From: a virus
Taxonomy: Duplodnaviria > Caudoviricetes
Strand: one strand, 5' to 3'
Length of the DNA: 47,186 bases
Virus record (IMG/VR): IMGVR_UViG_3300011338_000292
Location: 1 to 47,186 of that record
The translations under genes and the position numbers were made by a program. Shown here in pieces: positions 8,464 through 17,080 of this stretch. Each line of letters begins with the position of its first letter. The stretch's first letter is position 1. The notes beneath the pieces were generated by a model. It saw only the letters and a list, made by a program, of their open reading frames with translations. It searched no databases and was not told where the DNA came from.

Positions 8464-9818
8464 GAGATATTAAGATAATCAGCACCTTGGATGGTGGCGA
8501 CTTGGTAAAGCAGGGAAACGACATCGCAACAGTTAGCGGTGTCGAGAACGTGCCGTTCCTCGCCATGTTCGGAGGCGCCGGCTGGTGTCTTAACTTCGTT
8601 ACTGACAGACCCTTCCAATCTAGGACAGAAACAGTACTTCGCAGCGTTGTGCCCAACAGCGATGGGCGGCTCAAAATACAAGAGGCAGTTAATGCAGACT
8701 TGGCATTTTTGAACGACATTGCCGGTACAACTTGGAGCACAGTTATATCGCTGGAAGCACCGAATTACGTGCGCATAGGCGTGACTATTAACGGGCAACA
8801 ATTCGATACGCTGTGGAACCCAACTATGCCAGCAGAGCAAGTAGCTCTAGTTGCCATCTGCCCGTTGATAACAGGGCTTACAGTAGTCAGCACCAGTGCA
8901 ACCAGCATAACAGTAGCATGGGATGCCAGCACCGTAGAAGGATACCAGTGGAGAGTTCAATTAATCAATGTTGCACCAGTAGACGGTACGGACACCACAG
9001 CTAATACAATAACGCGCACAGGGCTTACACCAGGGCTTACGTACTACATCTTCGTGCGTAGCAAGTGCGCAGATGGGTTCTTCTCGGCGTGGACATCTGT
9101 AAGCGCAGTTACAACAGCCGTTGCGCCGATAACAAGCGGATTAGTAATGGAGCTGTATTCCTTCCAAGGAGTTACACGCACCGGCACAGATGTAGACGTG
9201 TGGGCCGACCAAACCGTGAACAACAACGACTTGGTACCTGGCAACATAGCCAACCCGCCACAGTACGAAGCGGCAGTATTCGGAGCATTGCCATCCATCA
9301 CATTTGACAACTCAACGTCAGATCAGTCACTACTTACAGCCGCAGATGTGGTTGGTGTGTCAGGACAAGCAGGACTTACAGTGTTTGCAGTCAGCATAAC
9401 GCAAGACGTACCATCAAGCAGCTATCTATGGTCATACGCAGACAGCCCAGGAGCAGTAGCCGCAGGAGAGGCAGAGGCGTACCAAAGTATATCTAATGGT
9501 ATTAACTTTGCGGCAAGAGGCAATGTTGGTTTACAGTCTGGCAGCAACGCAGATACGCCTACAACAGCCAACGTTACCGCACTGCTTATTGATTTCACGC
9601 AGCCTGCTGCCGACGAGGCTACCATCTACGTGAACGGCAGCAACGCAAGCTACGTACCAGGTACGACCAGTGAAAACACAGGCACGTTCTCATCTGCACC
9701 TATGCACATGGGCCAAGGCAACGTGCAAGTAGGCGCAATGCTCGTGTATAACAGAGCCTTGTCGCCTTCAGAGATAACAACTATTACTAACTACCTAACC
9801 GACTTGTTCATACCATGA
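8460..9818 (+). CDS. Mu gp46-like baseplate/sheath-initiator domain fused to fibronectin III and LamG/ConA-like domains
   Basis: N-terminal ~120 aa DGGDLVKQGNDIATVSGVENVPFLAMFGG...AVNADLAFL; FN3 signature TSITVAW...TGLTPGLTYYIFVRSKC; C-terminal VDVWADQTVNNNDL...MLVYNRALSPSEI. Confidence 0.7.
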   Translation: MRDIKIISTLDGGDLVKQGNDIATVSGVENVPFLAMFGGAGWCLNFVTDRPFQSRTETVLRSVVPNSDGRLKIQEAVNADLAFLNDIAGTTWSTVISLEAPNYVRIGVTINGQQFDTLWNPTMPAEQVALVAICPLITGLTVVSTSATSITVAWDASTVEGYQWRVQLINVAPVDGTDTTANTITRTGLTPGLTYYIFVRSKCADGFFSAWTSVSAVTTAVAPITSGLVMELYSFQGVTRTGTDVDVWADQTVNNNDLVPGNIANPPQYEAAVFGALPSITFDNSTSDQSLLTAADVVGVSGQAGLTVFAVSITQDVPSSSYLWSYADSPGAVAAGEAEAYQSISNGINFAARGNVGLQSGSNADTPTTANVTALLIDFTQPAADEATIYVNGSNASYVPGTTSENTGTFSSAPMHMGQGNVQVGAMLVYNRALSPSEITTITNYLTDLFIP

Positions 9819-10942
9819 CGATACCTACTATAAAACAGCTCTACGACGGGGCAATAAGCAACTTTGAAACGGAGTTCGGTGTAACTACCAACCCGTTTGG
9901 GCAGGCAGTGCTAGTAGCCTTCGCAGGCGTTATGTCAGGCATGTTATACCTAGTGTATCTAACAGCAGCCCTAAACGATAAAAACATCTGGTTTGACACC
10001 TGCGACAACCAGACGCTTATCCGGTACGGCACCACAATACTAGGTCGTTATCCGTTCCCTGCCACGTCGGCACAGTACACCATCACGGTTACAGGCACGA
10101 TAGGCGCAGTGATACCAGCATCAACAGTATTCAGGTCAGATGACAACAGTGCAAGCCCTGGCAGGCTGTATCAAGTCACGGGAGCCACCACGTTATCTGC
10201 CACATCGGAGAATATCGTAGTCAATGCGCTGGAAGGTGGCACAGGCAGTATACTCAGTATTAGCGATACCATGACTAGCACATCGCCAATCATCAACGTG
10301 ACCAGTCAAGCCATCGTGGTTACAGAGAACGTTACACCTGAGAACGCCGAGAACTTAGAGCTATACAGAGCCAAGATAGGCGACAAAGTAAGGCTGTCAC
10401 CTGGTAGCTGGAACGCAAAGGATTACAGGCTTGTAGGCGGCACGGTGACTGGTGTAGCGCAGGTATATGCGTATGGCATGTCAGCAACTGAAGTGGACGT
10501 ATGGCTGCAAGGCACAACGCCCGTAGCTGACCCTGGCCCGTCGGCAAGTACCACAGTAGTCAACGCATACATAGCAGCACTTGACTTGGTACGTCCTCTA
10601 CCAGCGTTTATAGTTAACGTGGCAAGTTCACCAATTAAGAACGTAGACGTGTTTGTGTCCAGAGGCACGTTCCCTGCGCTCACTGTAGCACAGCAGACCT
10701 TGGTAACGACAGCACTGCGCAACTTCATCAACAGCGTGCACCCATTTATTGCGGCAGCAGATAGCACACTTACGAGAAACGATAGTATCTTTACATTCAA
10801 CCTAAGTGCAGTTATATCCGCAGCAATACCAGGTGTAGGCTACGCAGGCGTTACGTTCGAGGTAGATGGCGTGCTAGTAACAACATGGCAGGCAGACAAC
10901 GGAGAAATACCATTTTTTAACAGTGTAACATTCACGGCTTAA
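9815..10942 (+). CDS. Baseplate J-like wedge protein (Mu gp47-like)
   Basis: IWFDTCD..TLIRYG, ITVTGTIGAVIPASTVF, ENLELYRAKI..SPGSWNAKDY. Confidence 0.88.
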   Translation: MTIPTIKQLYDGAISNFETEFGVTTNPFGQAVLVAFAGVMSGMLYLVYLTAALNDKNIWFDTCDNQTLIRYGTTILGRYPFPATSAQYTITVTGTIGAVIPASTVFRSDDNSASPGRLYQVTGATTLSATSENIVVNALEGGTGSILSISDTMTSTSPIINVTSQAIVVTENVTPENAENLELYRAKIGDKVRLSPGSWNAKDYRLVGGTVTGVAQVYAYGMSATEVDVWLQGTTPVADPGPSASTTVVNAYIAALDLVRPLPAFIVNVASSPIKNVDVFVSRGTFPALTVAQQTLVTTALRNFINSVHPFIAAADSTLTRNDSIFTFNLSAVISAAIPGVGYAGVTFEVDGVLVTTWQADNGEIPFFNSVTFTA

Positions 10943-11676
10943 TGGCTACGCAGGATACGTTTTTACGGATAGCAAAGATGCTGCAACCCACAGGGTCAGC
11001 GTTCCGTATTCCGTTTGCCAGCAACTTTGAGAAGATGTACAAAGCCATCGTGTCTGATAGCATCGGCGGTGTTGGTAAACTGTATAATGATGTGAGAAGC
11101 ATAGCCAACGAGCAGCTACCGGATAACGATAATTTCACTATCGAGATGGCACGTCGCTGGTATGTCAGGCTCGGCTTGTTCGACAGTGGCGCAGTGACGC
11201 TAGCCGACATGAAAGCTGCTATCAATCAGAAACTTAGTTTTCCGAATACACCACTTAACAAGCAGCACTACCTGTTCATAGAAGAACAACTGCGGATGGC
11301 CGGCTTCGATGTAAGAGTGTACGAAAACAGGTTCTTACCAGGGCCTACTACCAAATCGGTAAGCGAGGTACTTGGAGTAGCTGCGGCTAACGCAGTGTTA
11401 GATACCTTTGAACTCAACGAGGCTGAACTAGATATGACTTGGGAAGACGCAGGCGTATCGTTGGTTATGAACTACATCGAGGAAGAAAAGGATGCAGACT
11501 TTGCAATACTGGGGGGTTCATTAGGATATCGCAGCACGTTCTTTATTGCGGGAGCAAGTCTTGATTTAGGCGGATTTGCCGACGTGCCACTTAGCAGAAA
11601 GATAGAATTTAGACAACTTATTTTGAACTTTAAAGCAGCACAGATGTGTGCGATTTTATTTGTAAACTACGTATAA
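10942..11676 (+). CDS. Baseplate wedge protein 2 (Mu gp48-like)
   Basis: LQPTGSAF, ARRWYVRLGL, AAINQKL; follows baseplate J with a TAATG overlap. Confidence 0.7.
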   Translation: MATQDTFLRIAKMLQPTGSAFRIPFASNFEKMYKAIVSDSIGGVGKLYNDVRSIANEQLPDNDNFTIEMARRWYVRLGLFDSGAVTLADMKAAINQKLSFPNTPLNKQHYLFIEEQLRMAGFDVRVYENRFLPGPTTKSVSEVLGVAAANAVLDTFELNEAELDMTWEDAGVSLVMNYIEEEKDADFAILGGSLGYRSTFFIAGASLDLGGFADVPLSRKIEFRQLILNFKAAQMCAILFVNYV

Positions 11677-11677
11677 C

Positions 11678-12586
11678 ATGGCTTTCGATACAGCAAATTT
11701 AGACGGAACAGTAGTAGCCCCTGGCGGCATTGTGCCATTTGGCGCACTGAAAGACGCACCATCTGGCACCAGAGTAAATACCAAGATGCTAGGCGACATG
11801 TGGCAGATGCTACAGCAGCTTGCAGCAGGCGCAGGCATCACGCTGAACAACCAGCCGGATAACAACACCAATGGCTATCAGTTCATGGAATCGCTTAGTA
11901 AGGTTATAGGCAACCATGCAGGGCAGATAGTGCGCATGTTGATTGGTGGCGTGTATGATCCAACCAAGGTGTACATACTGTGGGGCTGTGAAACAAGGGG
12001 CAACAGTGGGTACTGCTTGTATGATGGCGAGATTTACTTCATAGTAGGTAACTCAGGGCCAGTATGCGGCGGGGGCTTAGTAGACGTGATAAAAGTATAC
12101 ACGCCGACATTATACACCAATGGCGTGCAATCTTTACAAAATGCGTGCGCTGCGGCAGGTAGCGGTATCGCAAATTTTGCGGATGTTATTTATTTGCAGA
12201 AATGGGTAGATGTAAGCAGCACAATGACTTGGGGCAACGGGCCTGGGGGTTCTGTTACCATTGACCCTGCGGATTTTGTGTACGCAAGATACATGTTAAG
12301 AGGTAAAACCGTTATTTTTCAAATGTCGGTTCAAAATTTTACAGTTGGCGTGTCTGGGCCAGCGTGGATATCATTCGATTTAGCTTTCTTACCAAGTGAT
12401 ATAACAGAACCCATGTGGAGTAACGGAGGCGTGTACATACCTCCATCTGGAAGCAGAGAATCATGCTTAGTACTTACAGATAATGCCACAACAGAATACA
12501 TACGTGTGTACGCACCGCCTAGCGGATGGGTAACGGGAACAGACGACAGCAGACTAGATGTGTCAATAACTTTCGAGATAGACTAA
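11678..12586 (+). CDS. Tail fibre/receptor-binding protein (short)
   Basis: Mu-like fibre N-terminus (SGTRVNTKMLGD...AGITLNNQPDN...QFMESL), a Gly/Trp-rich beta C-terminus, and position after the wedge genes. Confidence 0.7.
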   Translation: MAFDTANLDGTVVAPGGIVPFGALKDAPSGTRVNTKMLGDMWQMLQQLAAGAGITLNNQPDNNTNGYQFMESLSKVIGNHAGQIVRMLIGGVYDPTKVYILWGCETRGNSGYCLYDGEIYFIVGNSGPVCGGGLVDVIKVYTPTLYTNGVQSLQNACAAAGSGIANFADVIYLQKWVDVSSTMTWGNGPGGSVTIDPADFVYARYMLRGKTVIFQMSVQNFTVGVSGPAWISFDLAFLPSDITEPMWSNGGVYIPPSGSRESCLVLTDNATTEYIRVYAPPSGWVTGTDDSRLDVSITFEID

Positions 12587-12912
12587 CGCCAGTAGGTGAA
12601 CGGCGCATCTGGATGACGAAGCGTAGGGTACAACCGCAGTGTGTCGTTCACCAAACTGTAACTATACTGCGCAAAACGGCTACCGTCATCCAACAAATAG
12701 TACACACTGTCAACAGTTAAAGCATAGGGGTAAAACGGTTCGGTGTCCTTAGACAACAAACTATCAGTAAAGCAGATAGATGATCCATTACCGCCAAACC
12801 AGCAGCCTTCTAGCTTGGCAGAGGCAGGCGGTTCAACAGGAGGGCAAGCAGGGTGTTTGCAGCAAGATACGAGAAGTGCCGAAGCAATAAGTACTAGAAA
12901 AGTGTGTTTCAT
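12583..12912 (-). CDS. Lipoprotein (moron; possible superinfection-exclusion role)
   Basis: From ATG 12912: MKHTFLVLIASALLVS-C lipobox and lipocalin-like LEGCWF. Single antisense gene with its own promoter next to the fibre gene. Confidence 0.7.
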   Translation of the reverse strand: MKHTFLVLIASALLVSCCKHPACPPVEPPASAKLEGCWFGGNGSSICFTDSLLSKDTEPFYPYALTVDSVYYLLDDGSRFAQYSYSLVNDTLRLYPTLRHPDAPFTYWR

Positions 12913-12917
12913 ACGTT

Positions 12918-12938
12918 TAAATTTGTTGAACAAAATTA
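12918..12938. promoter_or_regulatory. Overlapping divergent -7 boxes around palindrome TTTGTTGAACAAA
   Basis: Plus strand TAAATTTG 12918-12925; minus strand TAATTTTG 12938-12931; palindrome at 12922-12934. Confidence 0.6.
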
Positions 12939-13748
12939 ATGCTAAAAATTGACATAGACACAAAAAATCTTGTTGGGCACATACACACCTTGTCCAAGCT
13001 GCATCGCTCTGCCTTACCAGCAGCCGTTATGCAGACTTTGAACGGTGCTGCGTTCACAACAAAGACCGTGACTATGCCAAAGGAGGCAGATAGGTTCGAG
13101 AAACGTAAGCCAACGTTCTTTAAAGCAAATAGCAAGGTGGCACCAGCCAGAGGGTTCAACATAGATACGATGCGCTCAGAGGTCGGATTCATACCTAAAC
13201 CTGACGATAAATCGCACTCGGTAGAGGACTTGGAGGCGCAGGAAAAGCACGGCACTATAGAAAACAGGGCGTTTATTGCGCTGCCGACAGCTAGAGAGGG
13301 CAATTCGTTCAATAAGCGCATCAAGCGGTCGAACTACATGGATAAAACAGACGGCATTTACGACCCCCTAAAGCAAAGAGCCAAAAGTAAACGACCTAAT
13401 TCGTCACTGAAAATGGCGTTCATTCTTACTGCTATGGAAGCGGGAAAAGGCAAGATGATTTTTGGAACTGATAGACTAGATGGCGCAAGGATAGTTTTTA
13501 GGATAAACAAAGTGGCGAGGATAACAAAAATTACCAAAACTACCAAGCGTCTTGGCATAAAGACAAAAAAATGGAATACATTTGTAGGGCTTACCAAACT
13601 GTTCAATGTTAAAGCTGGCAGGAAGGTAAGGCCCGACAGCAAGTATAGTGGTTTTATGAAAAAAGCATCACTGGAAGCGCAGAGAGGTATGGAGGCAACA
13701 TTCATTGCTGCTGCTAACAAGCAGATAGCTAAATTTACAAGACGATGA
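12939..13748 (+). CDS. Basic virion morphogenesis protein (lambda gpZ/neck-like)
   Basis: Very Lys/Arg-rich, with an N-terminal ALPAAVMQTLNGAAF helix as in gpZ-like tail completion proteins; lies within the tail module. Confidence 0.5.
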   Translation: MLKIDIDTKNLVGHIHTLSKLHRSALPAAVMQTLNGAAFTTKTVTMPKEADRFEKRKPTFFKANSKVAPARGFNIDTMRSEVGFIPKPDDKSHSVEDLEAQEKHGTIENRAFIALPTAREGNSFNKRIKRSNYMDKTDGIYDPLKQRAKSKRPNSSLKMAFILTAMEAGKGKMIFGTDRLDGARIVFRINKVARITKITKTTKRLGIKTKKWNTFVGLTKLFNVKAGRKVRPDSKYSGFMKKASLEAQRGMEATFIAAANKQIAKFTRR

Positions 13749-14998
13749 GTAGCTGGATTGATACGGTACGAACCTTAATGGTTATACGCACAGGCGATGG
13801 CAAGGAATACACCCCTCGCTGGTTTCGCACGCAGTACAACGTGGAGTATAACCAGACTTTGTTTGAGTTCATCAACAAGACGGGTACACTGGTTCGTAGG
13901 CAGCGACCCAAAGGGCCTGTGTACGACTTGGAGATTGTGTTTGATGGTGAGTTCTGCCTAGATACCGCAGAGGCTTTCAAAACAAGTGCCAATGATGCTA
14001 GGGGCTGGACGCTTACGCACCCGATGTATGGTGCACTGTTCGTATACCCTGTGTCACTGCGCTTCGATAACACAGTACTCAACGTTGTCAAGATAACTGG
14101 GCAGTTAATCGAGAGCAACGAGAAAACTGTAACCGGCACCGATGTGTCACTACCCGATGTGCTGCAAGGCTACGTTGCCTTAACAGACAAAAGGCTGGTT
14201 GACACTTACGCAGAGCAAGTACCCGAAATGCAGGTGTCTGATTTGCAAAGGTTGCAGCAGCACATCAACGATACATACAACACTGTATCTATCCGCATAA
14301 ACGATGTGCAGGCAAATGTAGATGAGTACTTGGACGCATACAACGCGGCCAATGCTGTACTCAACACTGCCCTATTCGACACAGGGCAGATAATCGGGCA
14401 GGCACTCACGCTTATTCGCACACCAGCCACGTTCCAAGCACTGCTACAGATTAGACTGGAGATGTTGCAGTTGCAGATGAGCATCTACCGCAATGACATC
14501 GCAGCAATCAACTCGCTGTACAACACGCCCACGTCATCTCTTAAACGGTTGTTTGAGAACAACGCTGCTCAGGTGATCACAGCAATATGTATTGCTACCA
14601 TCACCAACATTACGAACGAGTATGTATACCGACCTAACATACTGACTGTAATAGCACAGGTGCTACGTACCTACAACACATACATAGACGACCTGTGCGA
14701 CCTGCAAACCGAGAATAACGGAGAGCCTGACAGCTACGTGCCTGACCCTGACAGCATACGAGGTGTGTACGATTCAGTAATGACAGCAGTAGGGCTGCTC
14801 TACGGCTTGGCTGCTGCTGCGTTACAGCAGCGTGTGTACACCGTGCCCTACGATACAACACTTATCAATTTGGCTGACCTGCTCTATGGTAACACTGCTG
14901 ACGATGCAGCAATACAGAAAATACTAGACACCAACGAACTGAGTTACGACGAATTAATAATCATACCGCAAGGGAGGGAAATCCTGTACTATATATGA
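13745..14998 (+). CDS. Mu gpN-like tube initiator/'DNA circularisation' protein with C-terminal LysM-like domain
   Basis: FEFINKTGTLV, WTLTHPMYG, and C-terminal YTVPYDTTLINLADLLYG...IIIPQGREI. Confidence 0.7.
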   Translation: MSSWIDTVRTLMVIRTGDGKEYTPRWFRTQYNVEYNQTLFEFINKTGTLVRRQRPKGPVYDLEIVFDGEFCLDTAEAFKTSANDARGWTLTHPMYGALFVYPVSLRFDNTVLNVVKITGQLIESNEKTVTGTDVSLPDVLQGYVALTDKRLVDTYAEQVPEMQVSDLQRLQQHINDTYNTVSIRINDVQANVDEYLDAYNAANAVLNTALFDTGQIIGQALTLIRTPATFQALLQIRLEMLQLQMSIYRNDIAAINSLYNTPTSSLKRLFENNAAQVITAICIATITNITNEYVYRPNILTVIAQVLRTYNTYIDDLCDLQTENNGEPDSYVPDPDSIRGVYDSVMTAVGLLYGLAAAALQQRVYTVPYDTTLINLADLLYGNTADDAAIQKILDTNELSYDELIIIPQGREILYYI

Positions 14999-16233
14999 GT
15001 GTAAGAGTTAAAATAGCAGGTGCGTTCCTTAATACGGTGGAAGAAGTTATGCTCGGACTAAAGTTCGACAGCGTAACAGATACCTTCTCTATCAAGGCAT
15101 TGTTCAAACCTGAACTACACATACACAGGATAATATTCCGACCTGGTGCGTTGCATCGTTGTGAGATTTATTACAGGAATTTGCTGCTACTGACGGGCAT
15201 AGTGCTAAACGTTGCTTTCAGCGACGAGGCAGAGCCGCAGTCTGCGTACCTGACCGGTTACTCTGTTACAGGTGTGATAGAGGACACCTGCATACTTAAT
15301 ACCGATGCCGACATATTGGTGAATGAGTTGGACAACACTGCATCCATACCACCTGCGCCCCTGTCATTCGGCAGCAAAGAAACAAACGGATTGGCCCCAA
15401 ACTTGGTGCAACTTTGCCAGATACTACTGCAAAAATACGGCATACCCGTAGTGGTGGATGAGGCGTTGTCTGCCGATCCGTTATTTGATGCGCCGTTCAA
15501 CAACATAGAGGTGTCAGCAGAGATGTCGGTTGTAGAGCTGATAGATGAGTATGCGCAGAAACGCAACGTGGTACTTAGCCACACTGCGGATGGCAAGCTG
15601 CTGATAACTAGAGCTAAGGCAACAGGTAAGAAGTTGACCGCACGAAAGTATGCAGTCATAGAGGATTTGAACGAAGGTAAAACGGATATTTTCAGAGATG
15701 AAGGTTATACCGCCGATACGCAACTTGTAAAAGCAGAGGAACGAGAAGTGCTGTTTAAATTCAACCGTTCCAACTGCCTGCGCATGAAGTTTAACTACAA
15801 CGGGCAGGCGATGCACAGGGTAATACAAGTGCTTCAGCAGGCAGCTACTAGCGATGCTACTGGCGGCATTGCCACTGGTTCGTCGGTCAATCCCTATGTG
15901 CCAAGTGATTCACGCGGGCTACGCTTCCGCAGGGAGAGCCAGCGCATAGGCGATGCAGATACGGTCAACCCGACAGCACGTATGCTCATCGGCGATGAAC
16001 TTAAAAATATCACTTTGTCGATAGACATTGAGGGTTGGCAGCTTAACGGATTTTTCGTTGCTCCAAATCAAATTATCACCGTAATTAATCCTAACGTATA
16101 TTTGTTCAAGGAAACGAAGTGGTTTGTACGGGAAGTAAGCCTAACGGCGAACAAAAACGCATACACAGCCACGCTTAACTGCGTGCTGCCAGAGTGCTTC
16201 AATAAAGAGTTTATAAAAAGTATTTACCTGTGA
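14995..16233 (+). CDS. Baseplate hub protein (Mu gp44/gpP-like)
   Basis: FDSVTDTFSI, LLLTGIV, VLSHTADGKLLITRA, and C-terminal IEGWQ..PNQIITV..WFVREVSL. Confidence 0.8.
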   Translation: MSVRVKIAGAFLNTVEEVMLGLKFDSVTDTFSIKALFKPELHIHRIIFRPGALHRCEIYYRNLLLLTGIVLNVAFSDEAEPQSAYLTGYSVTGVIEDTCILNTDADILVNELDNTASIPPAPLSFGSKETNGLAPNLVQLCQILLQKYGIPVVVDEALSADPLFDAPFNNIEVSAEMSVVELIDEYAQKRNVVLSHTADGKLLITRAKATGKKLTARKYAVIEDLNEGKTDIFRDEGYTADTQLVKAEEREVLFKFNRSNCLRMKFNYNGQAMHRVIQVLQQAATSDATGGIATGSSVNPYVPSDSRGLRFRRESQRIGDADTVNPTARMLIGDELKNITLSIDIEGWQLNGFFVAPNQIITVINPNVYLFKETKWFVREVSLTANKNAYTATLNCVLPECFNKEFIKSIYL

Positions 16234-16763
16234 TAACACTCAGTAACAAAATATCGGCGGTGCTGAATTCGATAAAACAACGAATTGTCAAAGTCAACGG
16301 GCAAGGGCCTTACGACCCACGCACTGCTTACGACGTGTCGCCGTTTGGTGTAGATGGCGTGCCGCCTGCAAACTGGAAGGCTGTTTATTCTAAGACAGCA
16401 GTAGCAGGTAGCGAAGTGCTAGTTGGGTATATTAACCAAAATGCCACGTCGGTAGAAGGCGAATTGAAATTGTATTCTATGGACGGCACCAGCGATTCTA
16501 TCACGTTGATACTTCGCACAGACGGCACAATGGAGTTGGGCGGTAACACTAAGCACCTGACTAGGTTTGAGGAACTGGAAACAGGGTTCAATAGTCTAAA
16601 ACAATCGGTTACAGATTTGACTACAGCATTTAATACACATGTACACGCCACTGCGGCATTAGGCCTGCCAGTCGCACCAACCCCAGTACCAACAGTTATA
16701 CCTGCTATACCGCCTACAGCTACAATAGCAGGGGCAAAAATAAACGAACTAAAAACTTTATAA
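16230..16763 (+). CDS. Baseplate central spike (Mu gp45-like)
   Basis: SPFGVDGVPP, GELKLYS, and an HxH metal-binding apex motif FNTHVH. Confidence 0.8.
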   Translation: MITLSNKISAVLNSIKQRIVKVNGQGPYDPRTAYDVSPFGVDGVPPANWKAVYSKTAVAGSEVLVGYINQNATSVEGELKLYSMDGTSDSITLILRTDGTMELGGNTKHLTRFEELETGFNSLKQSVTDLTTAFNTHVHATAALGLPVAPTPVPTVIPAIPPTATIAGAKINELKTL

Positions 16764-16765
16764 AC

Positions 16766-17080
16766 ATGGTACCCGCAGTATATGAATCCGAAATAAAATA
16801 CGTACAGAGTAAGACCACCTTGGAGGCGCAGCTTGCGGCCATTGAGGAGGTACGTGCTGCGCTACTTACGCAGATGGCTAACATAGCGGCTATTGGATCT
16901 GTGTCCGAGTACTTCTTCAACGATGGGCAGACTACCATCAAGAAGGTGTACACCAACATAGAGCAGATACAAATGACAAGACGCATACTGGAAACAGAAG
17001 CGAACGAAATCAGAGTACAATTAAGAGGCGGCTGCATGGTGCGCCTAGTACCTTCAACAAACTTTATGGGCAGACGATGA
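16766..17080 (+). CDS. Head completion/head-tail adaptor (gpW-like)
   Basis: Helix-hairpin-helix pattern (LAAIEEV...EYFFNDGQTTIKKVY..IEQIQ), directly before a lambda-type portal. Confidence 0.6.
   Translation: MVPAVYESEIKYVQSKTTLEAQLAAIEEVRAALLTQMANIAAIGSVSEYFFNDGQTTIKKVYTNIEQIQMTRRILETEANEIRVQLRGGCMVRLVPSTNFMGRR

Noticed and set aside
3943-16763. Tailocin/eCIS/T6SS-like stand-alone injection system
   Set aside because: Capsid, portal, terminase and replication genes are present, so the contractile tail belongs to a phage.
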